Assembly (NCBI GenBank): GCA_964619725.1
Contig: CAZUFC010000165.1
Location: 1-16,423, forward strand
DNA from: an uncultured bacterium
GTDB taxonomy: Bacteria > CSSED10-310 > CAZUFC01
Reading direction: 5' to 3'
Length of the DNA: 16,423 nucleotides
In this document: positions 7,355-14,879 of the stretch, piece by piece
Layout: each line of letters starts with the position of its first letter
Numbering within the stretch: position 1 is the first letter of the stretch
Notes under the pieces: model-generated
Seen by the model: the letters and a program-made list of their open reading frames with translations, nothing else
Told to the model about the DNA's origin: nothing
Database searches by the model: none
Program-made: the position numbers and the translations under genes

Positions 7355-9007
7355 GTGGACGAAACAATCAAAAAAGAAGTTCGAAAAGCATTGGAAGAAG
7401 GGCTTTCGTTTTATGAGGAAGGCTACATCCATCAGGCGATCGAAAGCTGGGAGAGGGCGTTGAATTTTCATCCCGGCCATCCCCAGGCCGTTAATTTCCT
7501 TAATCTTGCCAGGAAGGAACTTGCATCCAGAGAACAGCCGGAAACGGTAATTTTAGACAGGGATGAGGTAGTCGAAAAGGCGCCTTTCCTGGACCGGGAA
7601 AAAAGGTCCCGGGAAGACTATGCTTCTGATCTTTACGATGGAGAGAGAGATTACTCCGGCGCAGAAAACCGCCTGGAAGCTCTGGAACAAATATTGGTCA
7701 GGAAATCCAGAAGGACCGGAGCAGAAAAAGAGAGAACGCAAAGAGCGGAAGAAGCAAAGCCACGTCAAACGACAAAGCGCGCTGAACGAGCATCCAAAAG
7801 CCGCGTCGAAACGGCTGAAGAAACCTCACCGTCCGACCTGCCGGGTTCCTTAATCAATAAATTGACGTCAAAAACCGGCATTACCTTTTATCTTTTGGGG
7901 TTACTCGTGTTTTTTGCGCTCTGGTTCCTTATACAAAAAAACATGTACGCTTCTTTATATTATAACGGCATTGCTGATCTGGAATCGGGACACTTCGAAT
8001 CCGCAAAAGAGAAGCTGCTGCAAAGTTTGAAATTGGCGCCGGACAATCGAGAATCTCTTTTCGCGCTGGGCATGATTCACCTTAAGTCCGGACAACCCGT
8101 CAGAGCACAGGAAATCTTTGAAAAACTGACGGATTCCGTGCCTCAAGACGCCAACGCCTGGTACCATCTGGGTGAGGCTCTTTATTATCAGGACAGAAAA
8201 GAAGCTTCACTCCAATATTACGAAAAAGCATTAGAACACGATGCGGATAATTTCTTTTTCCGGTGGGGATATGGAATAACTCTCAGAGATACAGGGCGAT
8301 TCGATGAAGCGGCGCAGGCTCTTGAAATGGCGATTGAAGCTGCGCCCAATTTTTCGGGAATTCACTATTATCTTGGAGAAACATACCTGAACAAGGGATT
8401 GCGGGACCGGGCCGCGGAACATTTTGAAACGGCTGTCGCCCTGGACCCCTTTTACGAACAATGTTATCGGGGACTGGGGGATATCTGCGCCAGTGAAGGA
8501 AATTTCCATGAGGCGCTCACTTTTTACGATATTTACCTGAACTGGCACACGGCAGATCCGGAAGTTCATGTAAAAATCGGAGATGCTTATGCGTCTCTGG
8601 AAAATTATGAAGCAGCTATGGAATATTATGACCGCGCTCTTCTTTTGAATCCTTTTTACGCTAATGCTTTTTACGCGAAATCAGCTCTGGAATATTCCCG
8701 AAAAAATTATCTCAAGGCGCAGGAAAATATCGACAAAGCCATGACCATTAATCCGAACGAGAGACGTTATGATCTGGTCAAGGCTCGGGTTTCTCTTCAG
8801 TTAGATAAGAGGGAAGAGACGTTGAAACACTTTGAGAGATATGTGAACAAGAACAGCGATGATGCTGCAGCGTGGAAAGAGTATGGCCTGTATTTAGCTT
8901 ATATCGGTTACGAAAAAGCGGCAGAAAATGCGTTGGTTAATTCCTTAAAATATAACCCGGATCAGCCTGAGGTAACTTCAAAACTGCGTCGCCTGCAAAG
9001 CAGATAA
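7355..9007 (+). CDS. Membrane-anchored tetratricopeptide repeat protein
   Basis: 550 aa, GTG start. One N-terminal TPR (GLSFYEEGYIHQAIESWERALNFHPGHP), a charged linker, a TM helix (GITFYLLGLLVFFALWFLI), then about ten TPRs (e.g. AWYHLGEALYYQDRKEASLQYYEKALEHDADN). Confidence 0.92.
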   Translation: MDETIKKEVRKALEEGLSFYEEGYIHQAIESWERALNFHPGHPQAVNFLNLARKELASREQPETVILDRDEVVEKAPFLDREKRSREDYASDLYDGERDYSGAENRLEALEQILVRKSRRTGAEKERTQRAEEAKPRQTTKRAERASKSRVETAEETSPSDLPGSLINKLTSKTGITFYLLGLLVFFALWFLIQKNMYASLYYNGIADLESGHFESAKEKLLQSLKLAPDNRESLFALGMIHLKSGQPVRAQEIFEKLTDSVPQDANAWYHLGEALYYQDRKEASLQYYEKALEHDADNFFFRWGYGITLRDTGRFDEAAQALEMAIEAAPNFSGIHYYLGETYLNKGLRDRAAEHFETAVALDPFYEQCYRGLGDICASEGNFHEALTFYDIYLNWHTADPEVHVKIGDAYASLENYEAAMEYYDRALLLNPFYANAFYAKSALEYSRKNYLKAQENIDKAMTINPNERRYDLVKARVSLQLDKREETLKHFERYVNKNSDDAAAWKEYGLYLAYIGYEKAAENALVNSLKYNPDQPEVTSKLRRLQSR

Positions 9008-9024
9008 AAGGGGTATTCGCCAGG

Positions 9025-10281
9025 TCATCTTTTTCTCATTTCCCTGACTTCCAGTAGCCTTTTCGACTGAGCCCTCACGCCGTAAGGAACTTCTTTATCC
9101 TTGACGATTGAATTAAGGTCAATGTCGGTCAGGCGTTTAATCATCCGCAATGATATGCCTGTGGGCGTTTTCGGATTCTTGACCAATGCGGAAACGATGC
9201 CGTAATGCTTGCTCCATTCGCGATGGACCGCTATTTCCCTCAGCACTTCCTCGCTGACGCTGCGTAATTTGGCCACCTGTTCAATTTCGAATTCCGTGGC
9301 TTTAGGACTGTTGACAGCTTCGACTGCCACCCGCTTGTCTGAATCCCTGACCAGAATATACCTTTCCTGTTTGGTTCCCACTTTAGCGCGCAATCTTTTA
9401 TCCGCAGGAGACAATTTCTTTAATTGCTGTCTCAGTTCCAGACTTTCTTCGTCTTCGGCCTTTTTTTCTTCCTCATCCATGAAGGCCAGAAGCTCTTCAT
9501 CGTCAAAGTCGTCGTATTCATCGTATTCATCGTATTCCTTGCGTTCATCGTATTCGCCGTATTCGTCATATTCATCGTATTCCTCTTCATAGTCGAATTC
9601 TTCCTCGAATTCCAGATCATCCGTCTCAATCTCCGGTTCGCTCTTGACCCGGCCTTTTGCTTCAAGCTTCTCTTCTCCAGGAAAATCCTCCGGTTCTTCC
9701 TCCCACTCCGGCGCTTCGTCCATACTTATTTCATCTTCATCTCCCAGGATATTCAGCTCTTTTAATCTTTTTCGTATTCTGCCGGCGAAATCATTTTTAA
9801 TTTCGTTCAAACGGATTTTTGAGGATGTGGGGCATTGCGGATTAATCAGCAACATGTCGATTAACGGAGGATAGTTCAGCAACCGGGTCTGATTAAGGCA
9901 GAGGATTTCCAGCGTTTCCGGGAGTGCGTTTTCCGCTATGTACATTAAAGTTTCATCAGGCGTATTGGGATGAATAATAATTTTACGGAGGAGTTCATTG
10001 TCCTGGATGCGTTCTCTGACGATGAAATCGAGGAAATCAGGCGGTACGTTTTCATCTTCGACCGTATTGGCGAATGCGCCTGAAGGCATATCCCTGATGG
10101 TCTCTCTGGCCGTAGACGCTGTTTCCTCGTCCGGGTCGAAGGCCAGGTAAAATAATATACGCACAAGAATAAGGTCTTCCCAGGGTATGGCCCCCATAGC
10201 CATAAACTTCTTTTCCTCTTTGGTTACATTGCCTTCCCTGAGTTTGCTCAATAATTGATCCAGCATGCTTTCTTCAGCCAT
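9025..10281 (-). CDS. Uncharacterised helical-repeat protein A (LRV/HEAT-like NPxxP motifs) with central acidic tract
   Basis: 418 aa; GAGGAG RBS. HPNTP, NPQCP and LVKNPKTP motifs; ~100-aa D/E-rich linker; C-terminal ~125-aa unit similar to the units of 11141-12250. Confidence 0.85.
   Translation of the reverse strand: MAEESMLDQLLSKLREGNVTKEEKKFMAMGAIPWEDLILVRILFYLAFDPDEETASTARETIRDMPSGAFANTVEDENVPPDFLDFIVRERIQDNELLRKIIIHPNTPDETLMYIAENALPETLEILCLNQTRLLNYPPLIDMLLINPQCPTSSKIRLNEIKNDFAGRIRKRLKELNILGDEDEISMDEAPEWEEEPEDFPGEEKLEAKGRVKSEPEIETDDLEFEEEFDYEEEYDEYDEYGEYDERKEYDEYDEYDDFDDEELLAFMDEEEKKAEDEESLELRQQLKKLSPADKRLRAKVGTKQERYILVRDSDKRVAVEAVNSPKATEFEIEQVAKLRSVSEEVLREIAVHREWSKHYGIVSALVKNPKTPTGISLRMIKRLTDIDLNSIVKDKEVPYGVRAQSKRLLEVREMRKR
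9512..9583 (-). repeat. Intragenic 9-bp tandem repeat x8 encoding (EYD)n
   Basis: + strand units TCGTATTCA, TCGTATTCA, TCGTATTCC, TTGCGTTCA, TCGTATTCG, CCGTATTCG, TCATATTCA, TCGTATTCC; protein reads EYDEYDEYGEYDERKEYDEYDEYD. Confidence 0.9.
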
Positions 10282-10382
10282 TCGTCTCCTCCCTCGGCAT
10301 TAGCCGCCTGTTTTCCTTGTATTTCGACTAAAACCCAGGATCATCTCCCCGTCTTTTATTCTATTCATAAAAGCGCGTTGTA

Positions 10383-11126
10383 TCAAGAATTCGTATTATC
10401 TGCCGTAAATTCAAACACTCGCCTCTTTTCAGCATTACTGGGAGAGTAAGGCCTGCCGTTTAAAAAAATATCCACAGATTCGGGATCGCCGATGCTCAGT
10501 TTGATACGGCGTCTTCCCTCCCATTTCCTGATGTCCCCTTTATCCAGTATCTCGGAATCCTCCTTTACGCCGTCAACCTCTGTTTTCACCCAGGTGCCTG
10601 ACCGTGCCGTCACCGAAACCGTTATCCTTTTGTCCGCCATTTCCTCCTGCTGCTGTTTGCCGACAAGCCCCCTGTCGCTCAATTTTTCGTTTATCTCGAG
10701 CTCTATCACCGGATTCTCCGATATGTTTTTATTATAAATATAAGAACTCGTGAGCAGAAAAAGAAGGCCTGCAGCGGTCAGCAATTTTCCATAACTTATT
10801 CCGCGCATCCTGAACAACGATTTTCTGGACTTTTTATCCTGGGTTTCCCGGTACCTTTTCAACGCATATCGATAATTCAGCATGACGACTTCCCGCTCCA
10901 AACCGATGCAATCCGCATATGCGGTTAAAAAACCTTTCGCATAAGTGTCTTCCGGATAATTATCAAAATCATCCCGCTCGATGGTTATTAAAAAATGAGT
11001 GGGTATTTTTGTTCTGCCGTGAATTTCCTCCAGCGAGAAGCCCCTGCGTTCCCTTTCATTTCGTAAATATTCGCCGAATGATTGATTTAAAAATTCTGCA
11101 TCATCCATTTCGGTACCGTCCTTCAA
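10383..11126 (-). CDS. rodZ: RodZ-like protein (N-terminal XRE-type HTH, TM helix, DUF4115-like C-domain)
   Basis: SFGEYLRNERERRGFSLEEI..TKIP..LITIERDDF..P..TYAKGFLTAYADCIGL; TM LLTAAGLLFLLTSSYIY; C-terminal TWVKTEVDG..IKLSIGDPESVDIFLNG. Start uncertain (TTG 11126 or ATG 11108). Confidence 0.85.
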   Translation of the reverse strand: MKDGTEMDDAEFLNQSFGEYLRNERERRGFSLEEIHGRTKIPTHFLITIERDDFDNYPEDTYAKGFLTAYADCIGLEREVVMLNYRYALKRYRETQDKKSRKSLFRMRGISYGKLLTAAGLLFLLTSSYIYNKNISENPVIELEINEKLSDRGLVGKQQQEEMADKRITVSVTARSGTWVKTEVDGVKEDSEILDKGDIRKWEGRRRIKLSIGDPESVDIFLNGRPYSPSNAEKRRVFEFTADNTNS

Positions 11127-11140
11127 GCCCCCCGGCGTCC

Positions 11141-12250
11141 TTACCCTCTTCCCCTGTCATCATCTTCCGCTCTGGAATTCGAATGATCGTTTTCCGCAAT
11201 CGCATATCTGACTCTCTCTCTGTTCTTCCATAAAGGATGAGAAGAAATCAAATTCCGGATGCTGTCCGATGAAGTCTGTTTTGCCAAGGATACGACCTGA
11301 CCTTCCAGCACATTCGGATTCTTCAAACAGTTCGCCACCACCCTGGCGTTTCCATAATGCATCAAAATATCCAGTAAATGCTTGTCCTTTGTACGGCACA
11401 TCAAGCTCTTCTCCCGTACGGTCATCTTTTTGATCTTCCTGATAAGCGCGCTGCGTGCGTTCAACCTCCTCTTCAACGGCAAATAAGGATTCGTCATCAT
11501 TCCGAGTAAATCCTGAAGCAACACGCCGTCAATAAAGTTCAACAGCAAATCTTCCGGAAATTGAGGATTTCTGCACAGCGCGAGTTTTATTTTATATCTT
11601 GATGCCCAGTTGCCTGACCGTGATATCTCCGTCAGAACTTCCACCGGCGTCTTTTTGTCGTTGACTCTGGCCAGCAACTCATCCTCTTTCAAACGTGAAT
11701 TAAGCATCAAACCGCCGATTACTCTCGGGTCCTCTTCTTTCAGCAATCGAGGAATCAGCGCAGCCGGGGCTTTTTTCGCCAGACTGATTTTATCTCCTGT
11801 TTCCAGGTCGTCCAGTCTTATTTTCAGATGTTCTTCGGCCGCTGCCCTGACCACCGGCGGAATGTTCACGTTTGAAGCGACTATCGCCAAGTCCTGAATA
11901 TACAGATGTTTGATGAATTTCAGCGTGACGTGTTTGGGCGCTGAAGGATTCTTTACCAGTTCAAGTTTAACCCGGTAATCCTTCGACAAACGTGAGTTGA
12001 CTCCTGCCAGTTGGAAAATATCCTCCGGCAGGTTTCGACGACGAAGAATCCGGATAAGTTGACTGGTCTGAAGGGCCGGATTAAAAAGCAACGCACGCAA
12101 AACGCTTTCCGAATTATCGAAAATATACTGTTCGCATTCACGGGCCGGCGCTTTGGCTGCCATAGATGCGCGCTCATTTTCTACATGAGCGAAAAACTTT
12201 TCGCCGGATTTTCTTTTGCCCTTCTTTCCGTCATTGGGTAAATGCTTCAT
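11141..12250 (-). CDS. Uncharacterised helical-repeat protein B (about 2.7 tandem ~125-aa units)
   Basis: 369 aa; AAGGA RBS. Recurrent motifs (LLFNPAL / LMLNSRL / CLKNPNV; YRVKLELVKNPSAP / YKIKLALCRNPQFP / ERVRYAIAEN). Confidence 0.85.
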   Translation of the reverse strand: MKHLPNDGKKGKRKSGEKFFAHVENERASMAAKAPARECEQYIFDNSESVLRALLFNPALQTSQLIRILRRRNLPEDIFQLAGVNSRLSKDYRVKLELVKNPSAPKHVTLKFIKHLYIQDLAIVASNVNIPPVVRAAAEEHLKIRLDDLETGDKISLAKKAPAALIPRLLKEEDPRVIGGLMLNSRLKEDELLARVNDKKTPVEVLTEISRSGNWASRYKIKLALCRNPQFPEDLLLNFIDGVLLQDLLGMMTNPYLPLKRRLNARSALIRKIKKMTVREKSLMCRTKDKHLLDILMHYGNARVVANCLKNPNVLEGQVVSLAKQTSSDSIRNLISSHPLWKNRERVRYAIAENDHSNSRAEDDDRGRG

Positions 12251-12324
12251 TTTTCCTTAAAATTTCTTTCCATTGCCGGTCATGTTCGCTGAAAACAAAA
12301 ACATTTCCAGAGCAGGATTCGCTT

Positions 12325-13056
12325 TCAGTCCCTGCCCGTCGGAAAACTGATTCCCGGCGCACCTGAATCTTTTTCGATATCCGTTGCTTTTTCGGGTTCA
12401 GTTATATCCTCTTTTAAAATGTCTATGGGGGTCTTGGATTTGAGTTTTTCCAGGAGCTCACCGAGTTGAGCGGTCGTCTTTCTCTCAATAACGAGCCTTC
12501 TGATCATCTTTTTCATCTCCGGGTTTAAAACAAGATCAGGTCTGTTCGCTTTTCTCTTCTGTCTATCAAAAGTTTGCTGAATCTCCTTTTCAGTGATTTG
12601 AATGAAGGATTTTATCCTCATTGAGATGAATTTTTCGATCAGAAGGTTCTGTTTGATCCAGTTCTGTATTTGCGAAAGAGACAGCCCTTTCGACTCGGCT
12701 TCAACAATGAAAAGCGCCGGCGAAATCGAACGGCCTTCCGCCAGTTTAACCAGCGTTTTTCTTATTTCCTCCCTGTAAACTTTGATGACGCCGATCCTCT
12801 GGATTTCCTGCAAAAGCAGAAGCCGGTCAATGTAACGCTCAAGAAGAGTATGCAAAGCCTGTTCTGAAGAACCTCCCGCTATATAAGATTCTATTTCTCT
12901 GAAAAAACGCAGGTCCTCAATACATATTATTTCCTGGTCGACCGCTGCTAAAACTTCGTCGATGACTTTACTCTCCGCTTCATGCGAAGCCGGAACCGCA
13001 ATCCATAATAGAGTCCCCACCAAACCGAACAATGCTTTTTTTATTGGTTGCTTCAT
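12325..13056 (-). CDS. SurA N-terminal-domain-like periplasmic chaperone (no recognisable parvulin domain)
   Basis: 243 aa with a signal peptide; VIDEVLAAVDQEII..EDL, LLERYIDRLLLLQE, FIQITEKEIQQ, LLEKLKSKTPIDI. Confidence 0.75.
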   Translation of the reverse strand: MKQPIKKALFGLVGTLLWIAVPASHEAESKVIDEVLAAVDQEIICIEDLRFFREIESYIAGGSSEQALHTLLERYIDRLLLLQEIQRIGVIKVYREEIRKTLVKLAEGRSISPALFIVEAESKGLSLSQIQNWIKQNLLIEKFISMRIKSFIQITEKEIQQTFDRQKRKANRPDLVLNPEMKKMIRRLVIERKTTAQLGELLEKLKSKTPIDILKEDITEPEKATDIEKDSGAPGISFPTGRD

Positions 13057-13253
13057 ATTCTTTGGAAGACCTGGGCTCGTTCCGCTGGAAATTTCTTCAT
13101 TTTTTTATCGTTTTTATTCTCATCAAGACGAACCAATGGAATTTAAACCTCCATTGAAATTATCGGGATTGATCAAACGGGATTACGATCCCTGGGCAAC
13201 CCTGGATATTTGAAAAACAACTATCTATTCCATCTGAAAAATTCATGGTTATT

Positions 13254-13288
13254 AAAAAACTGCCGAGAGCTCCCTCGCTCTCATTCGG
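13254..13288 (-). terminator. Possible intrinsic terminator after folE2
   Basis: GAGAGC(13265-70)/GCTCTC(13277-82) stem followed on the minus strand, after a short gap, by T6 (13259-13254). Confidence 0.3.
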
Positions 13289-13358
13289 GACAGCCCGTAT
13301 CATCCGCTTTTGAGACAAGTCGAACAAACCTTTCTCACAAATATATTCCCTGTTATTT

Positions 13359-14144
13359 CTAATCCCCGTCAGCGAGTCTTTTTTCAATCAGAGCGTACGC
13401 ATTATGATTGTGTATGCTTTCCTGATTTTCAGCCTTTATGCTGTAATATTCTATCTCGCGAAAAGAATCCAACTTTCTGGAAACCAGACGCACTATGTCC
13501 TCCACGAATCGAGGCCGTTCATATGCCGTTTCAGTAATCCACTTTTCATCAGAACGTTTCAAAAGCGGATAAACCGGAGCGCTCGCCCGTTCTTCCACCC
13601 AGCTTACAATGTCCTCTATCCAGAAAAGTTTCCGTGATGAAATCCTGACCGTAACCGTCCCTCTCTGATTATGCGCTCCCGTCTTGCTTATCTCTTTGGA
13701 ACAGGGGCATAGATTGTGCACCGGAACCTTCACCTCAATCATTTCCGTGAAATTGTCATCCTCATCCAGAACTCCATGAAGCATACAATCGTATCCCAGT
13801 ATGCTTTTCGATTTGGAAACGGGAGCCGTCTTCTCAATAAAATATGGGAAACTGACTTGTATTTGAGACCTTTCAGCAGCGAGCTTTCTTTTGATTTCTT
13901 TCAGAATCTTCTTCATGTTGATCCGCGACATTTTGCCTCTGTAATTGTTCAATATTTCGATGAAACGACTCATATGAGTTCCCCGGAAATTTTTCGGGAG
14001 GGAAACGAACATATCGATTAAAGCCACGGTGGACTGCTCGATGTTTTTCTTGTCCATTACCACAACCGGATATTGCACTCCTTTCACCCCAACGCTGTCT
14101 ATCGTCTTCGAATAATCAGGGCTCTCATTTTGAATGTCAATCAA
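13359..14144 (-). CDS. folE2: GTP cyclohydrolase IB (FolE2)
   Basis: 261 aa, TTG start with AAAGGA RBS. DIQ, IDSVGVKG, RGTHMSRF, FPYFIEKTAPVS, LCPCSKEIS..GAHNQR, LKRSDEK..TE.AY..PRFVED, ESIHNHNAYA. Confidence 0.97.
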   Translation of the reverse strand: MIDIQNESPDYSKTIDSVGVKGVQYPVVVMDKKNIEQSTVALIDMFVSLPKNFRGTHMSRFIEILNNYRGKMSRINMKKILKEIKRKLAAERSQIQVSFPYFIEKTAPVSKSKSILGYDCMLHGVLDEDDNFTEMIEVKVPVHNLCPCSKEISKTGAHNQRGTVTVRISSRKLFWIEDIVSWVEERASAPVYPLLKRSDEKWITETAYERPRFVEDIVRLVSRKLDSFREIEYYSIKAENQESIHNHNAYALIEKRLADGD

Positions 14145-14206
14145 TGAACCATCCTTTCGCGGAGATTAATTTTTCAACGGTATCCCCCGGAGAATCCTCA
14201 TAAAAA

Positions 14207-14234
14207 ATTATAAAAGATTAGATGTGTGAGTCAA
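14207..14234 (-). promoter_or_regulatory. Putative sigma70 promoter for folE2
   Basis: Minus strand TTGACT(14234-14229)-16 nt-TATAAT(14212-14207), about 60 nt upstream of the start codon. Confidence 0.65.
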
Positions 14235-14531
14235 GATCACGACGGATGGAGGAAGGCAAGCGGCGGCATTGATCGAAATTAGGCCTTTCGAGGTTACAAC
14301 TCGGGGAGTACGCAATTTGCAAAAGGCCTGGAGATATCATGAATTCATTACGCATTTGTGGTTCCGTAAGAAGAAAAACAACCCCCGGCATGCTAATGTC
14401 CATGCTTCGTCGCGAGCGACTCGCATCGACATAAGCGTATCTTCCCCCCTTTCACTGATGAGTTTTTGTCCATAAACGGCGAATTTTCCCCAATTCTGCC
14501 TTAGTCTTCGGATTTGCTCAGGCAACGTATA

Positions 14532-14547
14532 AGCAACAACCCTGCCT
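14532..14547 (-). promoter_or_regulatory. Putative sigma54 (-24/-12) promoter
   Basis: Minus strand AGGCAGGGTTGTTGCT gives GG-N10-GC spacing with GGCA and TTGC intact, against consensus TGGCAC-N5-TTGC. Confidence 0.4.
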
Positions 14548-14879
14548 CGCAAATCCTTACTATCCTTGTCTTAAGAAAAATTCGCTCCTTTATGGATCAA
14601 AAACCGCAGCAACTCATAATTCGCCGAATCAGCCTGTGAATTCTGGTTGTCGTTCACCCTTGAGGTCCTGAAGGCGATATGATAAAAGACAGGATTCGAA
14701 ATTCAGGTTAAACGGCCGGGATTGCCGGGGCGGTCCCAGGCCGCCTGTATTTCTGATTCGTCATGTCGTATGCCGGCGGACCTACCCAACGGAACCGGCG
14801 GCTTCATGGATATGTTAAACGGGGCGCCGGCCGCTTGCGCTTTTTGAACATTAAAACACGGGAAACGGAGAGACGAACA

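Noticed and set aside
7239..7367. N-terminal 43-aa extension of SurE in the ORF track
   Set aside because: It overlaps the divergent gene start and promoters; family similarity and a good RBS begin at 7238.
13160..13387. 75-aa ORF between folE2 and the surA-like gene
   Set aside because: It overlaps the folE2 3' end and a terminator-like hairpin, and has no recognisable motif.
14145..14879. tmRNA, RNase P RNA, SRP RNA, tRNA, or THF/ZTP/glycine/SAM/c-di-AMP riboswitch
   Set aside because: I could not find their diagnostic motifs by eye on either strand (e.g. GAGGAAAGTCC, CAGG..GGAAGGAAGCAG, TTCGA T-loop with CCA end). An Rfam scan would be decisive.
14763..14879. 39-aa N-terminal extension of LpdA
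   Set aside because: Family similarity starts at MNKKYD (14880), which has a GGAG RBS.
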